Of a stretch of 64,000 nt of DNA, positions 24,145 to 37,737 are shown in pieces; position 1 is the first letter of the stretch; every line of letters starts with the position of its first letter. Source of the stretch: Mytilus edulis (taxonomy: Eukaryota); contig NC_092349.1 in the NCBI RefSeq assembly GCF_963676685.1, positions 4,030,001 through 4,094,000 on the forward strand, given 5' to 3'. The position numbers and the translations under genes are program-made. The notes under the pieces were generated by a model, which made no database searches, was not told the DNA's origin, and saw only the letters and a program-made list of their open reading frames with translations.

Positions 24145-25724
24145 TTTTCTCCAATAAAAATATTTTTGTATTTTTGTAGATTAACAGGACTTTTAGAAAT
24201 TGCATTCAGTTTTCTCAAGCTGCTCTGGTTTGGTTCGTCTTTCAATTCTAGCTTCACAAACTTTTGCATTTATTTCCTGAGAGAAAAACAGAAATCTTAT
24301 ATGCAGTGTTTGCAATATCGAACTTCAGCGGCTGTAGTCTTTGTGAATATTCGCAACTGTTACTTAGTGTCTAAGTCAAGTTACAAGACATTTATTTTTG
24401 AAAAAGGCAAAATAAAAAGCAATACCCCCCCCCCCCCCGAAAAATAAATCATAATAAAAAATACTATACACCGGCAATCTTTCAAATTTCATATTTGGAA
24501 TAAAACTAGGTTAACTAAAGCAATATTCAGAACTATACAAAGAATTATTATAATGACATATAAAATAAAGATTTAAAGTCGGGTGATCAAATATAGATAT
24601 TACCTCATTGAAATATACCTACTAAATATAACTCTAGATCAATGAACAATTGACATGTCGAAGGGACCGGGTTTACAGTACACTAATTGGTTATATAGCA
24701 AAAGACGAAGTCCATTTTTCACCATTGTAAACGGTCCTTATATACAAGAAGAACAGCTTTTTTCCCTGCATAATTCATGTATTCCAATCAGAAGGCATAA
24801 ACCTAGTGAATAACTGCAACCAGTCAGAAGGCATGTATACAAAGAAAACGACTTCATTTACGTACTTGACTTACTAAATTCAGGGGTATTTTTTTGAGAA
24901 AAATATTGCATTTTGTGTATGTTGCGAAGATGATGAAACCTTTGAATACACTTTTCGGTTCAAACCTATTTCATTTTTCCCTCCCATACAAATATTTTTG
25001 TATTTTTGTGGATTAACAGAACTTTTAGAAAATGCATTCAGTTTTCTCAAGCTGCTATGGTTTGGTTCATCTTTCAATTCTAGCTTCACAAACTTTTGCA
25101 TTTATTTCCTGAGAGAAAAACCAGAAATCTAATATGAAGTGTTTGAAATATTTAACTTCAGCGGCTGTAGTCTTTGTGAGTATTCGATATTGTTACTTAG
25201 TATCTAGGTCAAGGCACAACACATTTAGACTTAAAAATCTTTAAAAAATATACACCAAATTAAAACAAAACAAAAAAAATAATAAAAATATCTATACACC
25301 TTTGTCAATCTTTAAAATTTCATACATGGAATAGAACTATGTTAACTAAATCAATATTCATGATCATATTTAAATTAAAAAATAAAAAATATTGTTTGAA
25401 ATCGAGTGTTTAAATATAGATATTACCTCATTGAGAAATACCTACAAAATATAACTCTAGATTGTTGGTTATGTTATAAATAAAAAAAAAATGGGGTTTA
25501 CAGTACACTAATGGTTTATTTAGCAAAAAGACGAAGTCCATTTTTCACCATTGTAAACGGTCCTTATATACAAGAAGAATTGTTTTCTTCCTGCATAATT
25601 CATGTATTCCAATCAGAAGGCATAAACCTAAAGAATTAATGCAACCAGTCAGAAGGCATATATACATAGTAAACGATTTCATTTACGTACTTGACTTCAT
25701 AAATTCACGGGTATTTTTTTTAGA
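24145..25724. repeat. Diverged tandem duplication with ~830-bp period (~24145-24898 and ~24975-25724)
   Basis: Colinear shared blocks such as ttcaattctagcttcacaaacttttgcatttatttcctgagagaaaaa and gacgaagtccatttttcaccattgtaaacggtccttatatacaagaagaa. Confidence 0.85.
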
Positions 25725-28175
25725 TAATTACACCTTATGTAAGAATCCTGGATTTTGATTGGTTGATAGCCAGTGTATTTTTCACCAATTTACTGTTATA
25801 AAATTAATATCGTTCATTTTTAAACGCCGTCGGGGTATATGAAAAAAAGATATGTTTTTTTTTACCCTCTCTGCCGTTGTATTTGCCAAAATATACTCTA
25901 TCCGACGCTTGTAACGTCAAGATCATCAATGCGTTTTGGAACGTTAACATTCGGTGTAATTAAACATGTTCTTCAGGGGTATTTGCGAAAAAAAAACCAG
26001 TCTTGAAAACAAATTTCCCTCACCTTACGGCTCGCGAAATTTTACATTCTCTCGATTGGTATTTTTTCGTAAATACCCCTCCTTAACATGATATATCTTT
26101 TAAAAAAAAAATCGGTATCCTGTACAAAACACTACACATATTTAACGACCAACATCACGACCTGATACGATAAGTCTGTGTCGCAATCCATAAAATATTA
26201 GATCTTAAATTGCCAAAAATAGTCTTGATCTAGACTGTTAATTCACCTATTTCGTCCCACTGTTAATCATGGCATTCTGGTTGACTGTGAAATTGCATAA
26301 CGGTTGGTGCATGCATAACAGGAGGCGCTTACCGATTCCATGAACTCATTTCTGCAACTTTTGTAGTTTGTGTGCCAATTAATATGAATATATTGCAGTA
26401 TTTTCAAGTAATGGAATCCGTTTAATATCGGAACACTACAGGTACCCTAAAATAACAATAATCATATCATTCAGGGATGAGATATAACAACTTTTCTATA
26501 CTACTACGACATTTGATTATACTACTGTGTCAATCGACTATATCATTAAGATACATGCATATACTATAAAAATGTTTTGATATAACATTGAGTTAACTTT
26601 AATGCTATTCTGTGAAAAAGTTGCACTATATTATATTTAAAGATGTATAGTATAAATGTATCTTTATGATATAGCAATATCACATAATAGTATTACAAAT
26701 TACAAATCAGTTTAAAAGGTAGCTCCATATTATATTGAGATGTTGTCATAGTATAAAATAACATATCTTCCTGACAGAATAAAATAAGAGAATAGTATAA
26801 AAAAAGTACTTCCATATTATATCAAAACGATTTATCTTCAAGTTAGTGGTATGGTTAATTGATAGGGCCAAATTTCGTAATAGAATTTGCTTCTTGTGAT
26901 ATCTCAACCCTTAGTGATATGATTATTGTTTTCATAGGCAGCTTTGTTGTTCTGTACCTGACCGTAGAACCGCAGTTGCCATTGATTGTAGCATGTACCT
27001 GTCATACTATAAAAGGGAATTGTAGTATGCAAATGGGATAACCATAATTTTTTTTTTAATTCAAGAAGTTCCTACGATTTATATGTGTGCTTTATATGTG
27101 AATATTTTATATGATTTACTATACTCTAATTTTTGCTGTTATTTATGACTGATGATATTTCCCATTCAATAATTTTCCTTTTTATATCAAAAAAGAACTC
27201 TAACTGTCGAATACATTGATGGATGCATAATGTTGGATGTGATTAGCTTATGCTTTGTTAATAAACCGGGCTACTTAACAACAAATAATGATTTGAAAAA
27301 ATGAATAAGTAAACAATTACAGTAAAAAGCAAAAGAAAACAATGCAACAAAATGTTTTAAAGGGAGGGATCCAGCAGTTTGTAAAAGGAGGTTTTCAAAC
27401 CAAGATAAAGAGGGTTTCCAACCATATGTCCCCACTCAAATGCATTGATCGTAAAAGGGGGGTTCTATTCCCGACTCCCACTGGTTTGTCTGATAGACAA
27501 AACATATTTAATTTGAAAATAAAACCATAAATGGTCAAAATAAGCCTCAATCAATCATAAATGGTCAAATAAGCTTCAAATAATAATTTGCTTTATGACA
27601 ACGCTAAATAAAGAATTGAAAACAAACATAAAAAAAGCAAAAGACTAATTGTCGTTGCCGGATGCAATGCTCTTTCGTCATTATATTAAAACAATTTAGC
27701 TTTGTTTTCAATTACTTTCGTGTTCCGTAATCAATTTTTATTTTTGATTATAATCATGTGACCTTTTTATATATAATAGAACTTAAACCAATTCAGCAAG
27801 ATATATGCTTAGTTTACTTTTGTGAATCATAATTTGGAAAATTAATAAACGAAAGTACATCGTATCGAAATTATGATTAAATGTCCGCGATGAAGCCCCC
27901 ACTACAGACCTGTCGACAACATTTGGAAGAACCAGCCTACCTAGTGCTATAAAAATGATGCCATACAGCCAATTATATATATTAAAAATAATATCAACTA
28001 TTTACCACACGAAAGTACCAAATATGTCTGCCAAAGCTTAACATGCATGAATTACATCTACACTATATTTTCAAAATATTTATTTATTGAATATTTACAA
28101 ATTTCACAATACAAGTACTCAACATTTATATTTTCAGGTCATTGTCTATTGCTTTACCGACATTTCGTTGTCAGA

Positions 28176-30227
28176 ATGCCAAAGAAAGGTATGCTGTGCT
28201 GCATTACTATCTTAGTAATCGCTGTAAAAGCAATCGGTGCTTTGGTGGAAAATTTTCCTTGTCAGTTTGACTATAGATGTTTGTGTTCATATACACGCGA
28301 AAGGTTTGCCGCCGACTGTGCTTGGAAAGGTCTTATAAATATTCCAACAATTCCTACAAATGTTGCAAATATATCGTTCGCTCATAACAATATTCGCAGC
28401 ATTAAAAACGGGATATTTAGAATGAATCGTGCCCTCATTTACTTGAATTTGTCAAACAACAACATTAGTAAACTGTATCAAAGATCTTTTGACGGTCTTT
28501 CGAAATTGAAGACATTAATTATCAGTAATAACTCTATCAATCATACCGCTATTTCAGTTAATATTTTAAAGCCATTAGTATCCCTGCTGCACCTTGCGAT
28601 TAAACAGAATTTCAATCATTCCGTTTTCGCTCCATGTGTCATCGTTGGTAACCCTACGCAATCTGAAAATGGATGTTGTATCTCATGGAAATGAACCATT
28701 TGGTGTTGGATATACAAAACTGCGTTTTCTGCAAGAATTGGATGTTTCTGGATTAACTTGATACTGTACTCTAAAAGTTATAACACCAGCTACATTTAAA
28801 TATATGCCTAATATTGAAAGGTTGGATTTGAGTAAGTGCAAAATTAATACCATTTTGACTGGTTCCTTTAAGATCTTGGTGCATTTGAAGTATCTTGATT
28901 TGTCTGACAACAGATGCCTTAAATTCAGAGGACTTACAAATGTAACATATGATCTACCATCAACTTCAATAGAAATTCTGAGGGTAAATAAAATACACCA
29001 GACGTTTGATCTTAATACAATACTGACTAAATGTCAGATCGTACCGCTCAATAATACCAATACCAAAGAGATTCAGATGGCCAGCAATCACCTGCAATTA
29101 ATAGAAAAGGATGCGTTAAAATTTCTTCCCAAGACGCTGAAAAAAATCACAATTGCTGACAACGAGTTCAGCTAAGGCAATTACATAATGGATGTTTTTT
29201 ATGTGACTGCGGGAGAAATGAACGCGTCGTATATGGGTTTATCACATTACTTGTTGAACTCAGATGAACCATGTGACATTAAGCCTGCGGGTTTTTCGCC
29301 ATGCAGTGAAATTAAGGATACCTACCGAGAAATGGAAATTAAAAGAAATGATCAAAATGATCTCAGAAAAAAATTCTTTTTTCATTTTCTCTTGGTATTA
29401 TTAATGTGCCTGTACATAGAAACATTAAGAAATTTCACTTTCGAGAATGCAAGTAAAGGTATTATCTCGTTAAAATGAATTTCTTGAAAAATAATGTAAA
29501 GTATGTAGACATTTCGAATGATGCATTTTACGTTTGGCAAGGCCCAATATCAAATTTAACATGCCTGACATATTTGGATATATCAAAAAATGTCTGTTCG
29601 AACGTTTCTACGAATTTCTTTGAATACGGTTCCAACCTTACAACTTTATTGATACAAAACAACCTATTAGGTTTTGTTTTACCGACCGACACAAATGGAG
29701 AAATTCTAAAAAACTAACAAATTTAAAACTACAAAATTTAGCGGACAACAGAATACCAAGTTTACCAACAACAATCTTTTATAGTCAAACAGAACAACGG
29801 ACGTTAAATTTGAGTTGTAATATGCTTGAAAATGTAATATTTAAAATGGATCGTATTTAGATCTATCTAACAACCGCTTGTCAACATTGGACGCCTCTTT
29901 TACCCGGCAGCTAGATATTATCTCAAACAACGTTCCAAACATTGCACTTTATCTTCTAGGTAATCCTATCAAATGCTCATGCGAGTCAGTTGAGTTTATT
30001 CAGTGGTATACATCGACTAAAGTACATGTTCTAAATAATTTACATCAAGAATGTAAAAGTCTCCAATTCAAATTGAACAGCTCGAAGCTAATTTACGATC
30101 ATTTGAAGAAGACATGCTCCTCTCATACCACAGCTATTGTAGCTGTAAGATCATGGCTGACCATCTTTGCTATTGTCATAATTACCGGAATCACCTATCA
30201 GTCTAGATGGAAGCTTAGTTATGCCTA
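28176..30227 (+). pseudogene. Degraded Toll-like receptor pseudogene (signal peptide, LRRNT, LRRs, LRRCT and TM; TIR missing)
   Basis: Six ORF fragments are colinear with the intact TLR (FPCQFDYRCLCS, INKIHQTFDLNT-like, GNPIKCSCES, RWKL-YAY). Multiple frameshifts and stops; acceptor ttttcag ends at 28137. Confidence 0.92.
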
Positions 30228-30505
30228 TCTATACTTTTATACGAAAAGACCTTATTTTATGTGTCGCTTCTCTTCCTCCTACAATAAATGAATAATCATG
30301 CCTCTGTGTCCTGCTTAGTCGCATTTGTCATCCATTCTTATGACTGTTCAGTTTGGGTTATTATTGGAGAAAAACGAAAATAAAGGTGTCCGAATATTGT
30401 TTCCGTAATCAAACAGACTTTTATGTCAGACATGACATCCGGATTTAACATTCAGATCCAATCGTATGATGGATAACAAAAATGAAAATTAACAAGCCAA
30501 CTAGA
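30228..30505 (+). mobile_element. Probable Helitron-like 5' end truncating the TLR pseudogene
   Basis: TLR homology stops at gccta| and new sequence starts TCTATAC. The paralog reads gccta|ttac, i.e. an A|T target with a 5'-TC terminus. The 3' end is uncertain. Confidence 0.4.
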
Positions 30506-30969
30506 GCATGTAGAGCGTTGGTTTGATGTGTTTGAACTTTTGATTTTGCCATTTGATTTGTGACTTTCCTTTCTGAATTTTCCGCGGAGTTCAGTATTTT
30601 TTTTTCTTTCGAGAAGACATATATGAAAGGTCAATAAATAATCTAATTTAATCAATTGAACCGTCAAATTTACAACAAAATAAAACTATCTGTCAAAATG
30701 GTTCAACATCATGATCAGTATGGGGAAAATTCAGTTTCAAAAGTATATAGTTTTTACAAAACTACAAAAGGCAGATTGCTTCTCGACATTTCAATGACAT
30801 AAAAAGATGTAAACAAACATGATTTTTATTCAAAAATTCGAATAAAATAAACGACTTTTATCCGAATAAGGACATTCTCTTTGAATGATTCAAATGGTTC
30901 TCATAGTTATTTTGTATAAACATAATCTGAAACTTGGTAAAAAAAAGAAATATTTACAAAAAAATCATT

Positions 30970-33900
30970 TTTCTGATCGTGAAAGATCACGTACCGCTTT
31001 TTGAAGATCGTGAAAGGGATCGTGAAAGATCTGATGCTACGAAGACGTTCATATATTTTTCAATTATATGATAATGAATATTTAAAGCAAAGACAACCAG
31101 AACCGAATGATATACAGAAAAAAACAAATGAAACATGGAACTAAAAATGAAATAAATGCGCTAGCTACCCTTTATTCCAAAGTTTTGTCATCATATTTTC
31201 CAAATTTAAGTTACTTCGAAGAAGGTATAAGAATTGTGAAAAACGGAAGTCGTGATATCATTGGTGTGTCCCTCGACGGAAGTATACGAGCATCACAGAA
31301 AATATTACATTTGCCGTAGAAGTTAAATGCCCCATGTCAGTATACAAATACAACACTCTTGTTTACTATAAGATTCCCGAAAGATGCATTTGCCAAGTTA
31401 TGTTGGAAATGAGAGCATTAGGTTGTAATGAGTGCCTTTTTGCTTGTTGGTCTGAAGAAAGCAGCACTGTGTTAAGAGTTCGAATAAAGCAAAGACTTAT
31501 TCAAATGTGGCATAACGTTTGTGCCTTTTCGCCATCGTATGTGACGTTACATTTTTTTAATTACGTTGACGCCTGGACTGATTCGGGTGTGTCTATTCTG
31601 TGTTAAACTTTAATAGCATTATGTATTCGGGTTTAGTTTTCTGTAATTAGTTAATACTTCAGTTTCATTATGTATATCTCTTTCATATTCATTTGTTAAA
31701 ATTTACTGTTTGCAATAGCATGAATTGTTCTATATAATAAGGATGTTCTTATCCCGGGCATAAAAACAATGCCGTATTTGGCAAAACCTTTTCAACTTTT
31801 TATCTTCAGTGCTGTACAACTTTGTACCTTTTTCACCTTCGATCTTTTATATCTGGGCGTTATGTATTCGGGTTTAGTTTTCTGTAATTAGTTAATACTT
31901 CAGTTTCTTTATGTATATCTCTTTCATATTCATTTGATAAAATTTACTGTTTGCAATAGCATGAATTGTTCTATATAATAAGAATGTTCTTATCCCGGGC
32001 ATAAAAACAATGCCGTATTTGGCGAAACCTTTTCAACTTTTGATCTTCAGTGTTGTACAACTTTGTACTTTTTTCACTTTCGATCTTTTATATCTGGGCG
32101 TCACTTGTAAGTCTTGTGTGGACAAGGCGCGTTTTTGGCGTATTGAATTTTAAACCTGATGCTTTTTGTTATCTATTAATCATGTTTTTCTTTGTCTAAT
32201 ATGTTCTATTAATTTGTATTGTAGTCCTGTAATATTATGTTGTCATTTCAATGTTATATTTAACTTTGTCATTAAAGTGCGAGGTTTGGCATGCCACAAA
32301 ACCAGGTTCAACCCACCACTTTTATTCCCCTTTAAAAGTGTCCTGTACCAAGTCAGGAAGATGGCCATTTTTATATTATTGTTCGTTTCTGTGTGTGTTG
32401 CATTTTAACGTTGAGTCGTTTGTGTTTTCTCTTATTTTTGAGAAATTGAGATAAGACGTGGCACGGTACTTGTCTATCCCAAATTCATGTATTTGGTTTT
32501 CATGTTATATTTGTTATTCTCGTGGTGTTTTGTCTGATGCTTGGTCCGTTTCTGTGTGTGTTACGTTTCGGTGTTATGTCGTTGTTCTCCTCTTATATTT
32601 AATGCGTTTCCCTCGGTTTTAGTTTGTTACCCCGATTTTGTTTTTTGTCCATGGATTTATGAGTTTTGAACAGCGGGTTTACTACTGTTGCCTTTATTTA
32701 TTGCATTGATCTTGAATGAAACTATGGATGTTTATTACGGGGATAACAAAAGTGCACCGTCTTGTTTGTCAGTGAGAACCAAAGAAATGTAAGAGCTTTA
32801 CAGAAGTATCCGAGCAGTCAGAATTCCTTGGTGAATTCCCATCAGTATATGGTACTGTAACTATAGAGAATTTGAAGCCATCTGCTGGCCCTTATGTTGT
32901 TGGATATTAAAAAAAAAGCTGGTCAAGTCCGTATCACTGATTCGTTAATCATTAGGATAACTGTCTGCAGTTGTTATGATTGTTAGGTGTACATTTTTGA
33001 CTTTTGCAAGGTTTCAAATAACATTGACCTCATTATCATGCATCATTTGGCAATGTTCGTTTTATGTTGTTTGGCCTTTTGCTTATTTAAATTGTACCTG
33101 TATGCTATAGCACCACGGTATTTGCATTTGTGTATGGTGTACATGATTGTCTGCGTGTTTCATATATAACGTCAATTGTTCTTGATATATTGATTGATAA
33201 TAAGAAGTCTATGTCTGGCTGTCGGTCAGGGCTCATATAATTTCGACCTTATGTTCCGAATTAATTGGCCAAACATAACTTTTACATTTGTCATTTTTTA
33301 AGGTACTGTAAGAATTGGAACACCTATATTAGGTGTACAGGATGTTTTTAGAGATCTATGTTGCATGGCTCATCTGACCTTGACTTCTTTTTATAAACCA
33401 TTTACAATCTTAAACATATTTGCGCTTCTAGTAAAACACTTAATATTACAGACGTTCTAGACAGATTCACAGAGCTGATTTTTTCCCAATGATTCAGACA
33501 CGTTTTTAGTTTGTTTTTTTTTAACTTTAGAGGTAAAGTGTTGAAGTGTTGAAGAGAACAAAAAAATAAAAGCTTTAATATTCATTCTTATCAAAATAGT
33601 TACATATTTCAACTAGTTGCAGTTTTATCAAATGGTAGAAGAAATTGATTACTAGTATTAAGTCTGGTCACGCATTATCTTTCACGATCAAAAGAATGCG
33701 TTGCCTGATCTTTCACGATCAAGTTTGACAGATATTCAACAAAATTCAAGGTTTTCGTCCACAAATTTACGCTTTTAAGGGAAGAGCACATTTTATTTTA
33801 TTGTACTATCAGATACCCCAAAGATTAAATTTCAAATATATCATTATATATTCAAATATGACCATTATAAGTACAAAAAGCGTGTTTTTTGTAATTAATT

Positions 33901-34145
33901 CCACAGACATGCATTGTGCCTTTTGTGTTTTTTCATAAAATACTGCATATTTTCTTTATCTTATTGCACAGTAATGTTAAGGAAGTTAAACCATTTTGAC
34001 AGACATATTTTTTGGTCGGATTTGTTCAGCGTTTTGAAAATTAAGCGATTTTTTCACAGATTCTTAACCAGAATTAACATTAAAATGCTTTCACGTTCCG
34101 GTACCAGGGCTTTCACGATCGTTAGATATTCTTTCACGATCATTT
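30970..34145 (+). mobile_element. Decayed DNA-transposon relic with a YqaJ-like (lambda-exonuclease fold) coding remnant, interrupted by nested repeats
   Basis: Fragments QMKHGTKNEINA, GVSLDG, a frameshifted AVEVKCP and QVMLEM. GATCGTGAAA motifs at ~30977-31030 face inverted TTTCACGATC motifs at ~33680-33720 and 34110-34141. Limits are approximate. Confidence 0.55.
31620..32101 (+). repeat. 241-bp tandem duplication inside a retrozyme-like repeat
   Basis: 31620-31860 and 31861-32101 are near-identical and are followed by a degenerate hammerhead-like gcgtcacttgtaagtcttgtgtggacaaggcgcg. Confidence 0.85.
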
Positions 34146-34489
34146 CTCTCGTTAAACCGAATGACACCCGCGTTTATGCTGATCAATGAGTTTTGTTCAG
34201 TGGTCAAATGGATTTGTTTCTTTACTAACTTGTTTGTCAATTTGTTGCGATGTAACCCTCTAAACAATAGAAATTCTGATTTTATTACAAAAAAAATAAA
34301 TAAAAAATAAAACGATTGAAATGCAGAACCGTCCGTACAGGAAAGATAATACGTTTGCGTACATTGTGATAACAAGAAAAACAAAAAGTACAATATAACC
34401 AACATATACCTTCGACAAGTACCCCCTCAACATCATTTCTTGTGCTGGTATAAATCCGGAGTAAATGTAGCAAGGCTGCTCTTTAAACC

Positions 34490-35060
34490 TCCATCGCTGG
34501 ACTTATCATATCCAGTACTAAAATTCATTATTTAATGCGTGTAAGATCTTTAGTAGTTGACTTTACATCTCTTGCGCTTGACTTTAAATATATAGTGTTT
34601 GACTTTAAATATTTAGCGCTGGGCCTTACATATGCAGCGATAGAGTTTAAATCTTCAGTTACGGACATGCCATATCTAGTGCTGGATTTTATATCTTCTA
34701 CCATGCACGTCCTTTCTTGTGCTTGAATCTACACCTCAGGATTGTATCTTGCATCAAATGCGAAACTTTGTAATATATCCGTTGTACTTTTTACAGTCAG
34801 CACAAGGTTTTTGTTTTATCTCTAGTGCTATGCTTTTACGATTCAATGCATAACGTAATATTTGTTTTTTTTCACCAAAAGTTCAAGATTTGTTATATAT
34901 GGCATATTTCGAAAGTCGGATTTTTATATTTCAACAGCGTTTAAGTTCACATCTTTAGCATTCAACGGCTATAGTTCACATCTTTAGTGGTGGACTTTAC
35001 ATTTCCAGTGTTGAACGTTACAACCAAAAGCGCTTAAATTTTTATCTAGTGCTAGAGTAT
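34490..35060. repeat. Degenerate 21-bp minisatellite array
   Basis: Units resemble cagtgctggactttatatctt and give 7-aa periodicity in ORF 34535-34726. Confidence 0.7.
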
Positions 35061-36189
35061 CGTCCGTATCGCTAGGTTTTGCATTGTCTTTTAGTCTTGT
35101 GGATACAATAATTATTTGGACGGATATCATCTTCATATATCAGAAATAAAATTGATGTCATTTAGCATCTAGTAAATGCTGGTGTCATTGTTATTTATTC
35201 AATATACTTATTTCAATTAAGCATATTTTGTTAAAATTATTTTTAATTCTTGTCTTATTTTGTCTCAAGATTCTAACAAATTAAGAATTGAATGCTTCTT
35301 TTTGTAAATTCGTTCGGTTGTAATAGCTTTGACCGTAGTCCATTTTGTATCTAAAAATGTGCGCACGGTAAATGTTTTTACAACCTCATGAAATTACAAA
35401 AAGAAACATTCAATACTTAACATGCCCCCTATAATTACATTATTTAGCTAGGATCCTAAAACACGATTTCTATCAAGTTTTAATTAATTTACCAGTGCAC
35501 TTTATTGTGGGACCTCGTGTCATCATTAAGTCAAATTTCATTGCGTAATGAATTTCAATTTTAGAAGGACGCGAGATTGCTGTTAGCCAACATAACGTAT
35601 TATAATGAAACGTACATACAATGAAAATGAAGGTTTAGTTCTTACTTCAGAGATCTTAATATTTCGTTTTTAGATTTAGCGCATGGTACATTCAAATTTC
35701 ATTCATTTCCGACGAGGGACATTTTCTAAATCTTAAAATTTCTTTATTTAAATGCAATTTTTTTTTTTACAAATACAGGTGTTTCCGAAGGTTTAAAGGC
35801 GTACTTCCGAAAATTCGACCATAAATGTCATAGATGTCATAATAAAATAATATTAATAAATTAAAGCAAATAGTTCAACAACATAAATGTATAAGAGGGT
35901 CATGTTTTACTGACAATAAATATTCAATCGGGAAGTTAATCTTTGTATTATTTTTCGTTTTGTTTTAATACTAAGTAAATCACCACTCATTTAAAACAAA
36001 TCTTCATAGGTCAAGAGTTACGATACGTTTTAGTCGTAAGATTTTTTTTGCACAAAGAGCCATTGATACTACCTCTTTTTTTGAACTTGTCAATATCCAA
36101 CAACAAGAAAGGTTAGAGTCACTTTTAATAATCAATCACTGATATGCTTTCGTATTTTCTCAATTGCTTTGTTATCTGGTTTTGTCTGT

Positions 36190-37737
36190 AAAAGAGGGAC
36201 GAAAGATACCAAAGGGACAGTCAAACTCATAAATCCAAAACAAACTGACAACGCCATGGCTAAAAAGGAAAAAGACAAACAGAAAAACAATAGTACACAC
36301 GACACAACATAGAAAACTAAAGAATAAACAACACGAACCCCACCAAAACTAGGGGTGATATCAGGTGCTCCGGAAGGGTAAGCAGATCCTGCTCCACATG
36401 TGGCACCCGTCGTGTTGCTTATGTGATTACAAATCCGGTAAATAGTCTAATTCGGTAGGTCATATTCATGAAAGGGAAGGGGATTGTAGTTACGACGTAA
36501 GAAACATATCCGATATCATTTGTGAAACGGTTATTCCATAACGGTCAACCAACTCGTGATGGCGTCCGTAAAATTTACGAAGGAATGATTTCAACTTCAC
36601 CATTTGGAACTCTTGGTTTAATAGCTTCCTTGTGAGCAGCAAACCTCTATCAAGAAAATCATGATAGGAAATGCAAGCACGGGAATATCGTATCAATTGG
36701 GAGATATATACCCCGTATGCAGGTGCTGCTGGAATGTTGCTACTTAGAAATGGAAAGTTCACAATTGGAAAGCTGAAATCATCTCTTTTGTTGTAAAGTT
36801 TTGTTTTCAACCGACCCTCATTGTCAATTTCTAGATGTAAGTCAAGATATGAAGCCGACTTAACTGTATCTGTAGTATCTTTTATCTCTAGTTCGATTGG
36901 ATAGATGCGTTCCACATAGTCACCAAATTTTGAATTGTTTAGTGAAAGAACATCATCTATATAGCGGAAAGTAGAGTTAAAGGATATTGCTAACTTCTTA
37001 TCTTTCTTCCTAAGAAGTTCCTGCATGAAGTCAGCCTCATAATAATAAAGAAACAAGTCGGCGAGTAGAGGGGCACAGTTTGTTCCCATTGGAATGCCGA
37101 CAGTCTGTTGAAAAACACGTCCTCCGAACGTAACAAATATGTTGTCAATCAAGAAAACAAGCATCTTGATAATATCAGTTTCAGAGAATTTTTTGTTTGA
37201 ATCAAAGTGATTCTTTACAAAGTAAGATTTATCCCTCCCTAAGACAAGATACTTGTATCTACGTTGGCCATTCTTTTTTATGAAGCAAAGTAATACCAAC
37301 TCTTTCAATTTGTCTTTTAGTTTGGAATGTGGAATACTTGTGTACAGAGTAGAAAAGTCAAATGTTTTAATACTGTTACAAGATGAAAGAGAGTTAGATT
37401 GTATGTACTCTACAAGATCTTTTGAATTTTTAAGTATCCACATCTGATTCACGCCACCTCTAGAATAGGCAGTTTCACAATAACTTTGAAGCCCGTCTTT
37501 GATTGCTGATAAAATAGATGTTAATAATTTAGAAAGAGGTTTCGTGGAGCACTTGGAAGACCCAGCAATATACCGTTGTTTGTAAGGACACTTATGTAGT
37601 TTAGGTATCCAATACAGTGATGGAAGATCCAGTTCTTCATCTTTGGTTGAAATTCCAAAGGAACATAGAACAGACCTATGATTATCCAGGATTTCCTCTT
37701 TGGTAAGTGTCGTGAGAGTATATGTTGAGTTTCCAAC
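36190..37737 (-). mobile_element. 5'-truncated Penelope-like retroelement (RT frame ~37735-36490 plus 3' tail)
   Basis: WIPKLHK..RYIAGS, TFDFSTLYTSIPH, GIPMGTNCAPLLADLFL, RYIDD and YLDL..KTKLYNKRDDF. The frame continues upstream of the called GTG. Tail fragments recur at ~290, ~1140-1235 and ~23944-24016. Confidence 0.85.

Noticed and set aside
34535-34726. ORF with 7-aa periodicity
   Set aside because: By-product of the 21-bp minisatellite.
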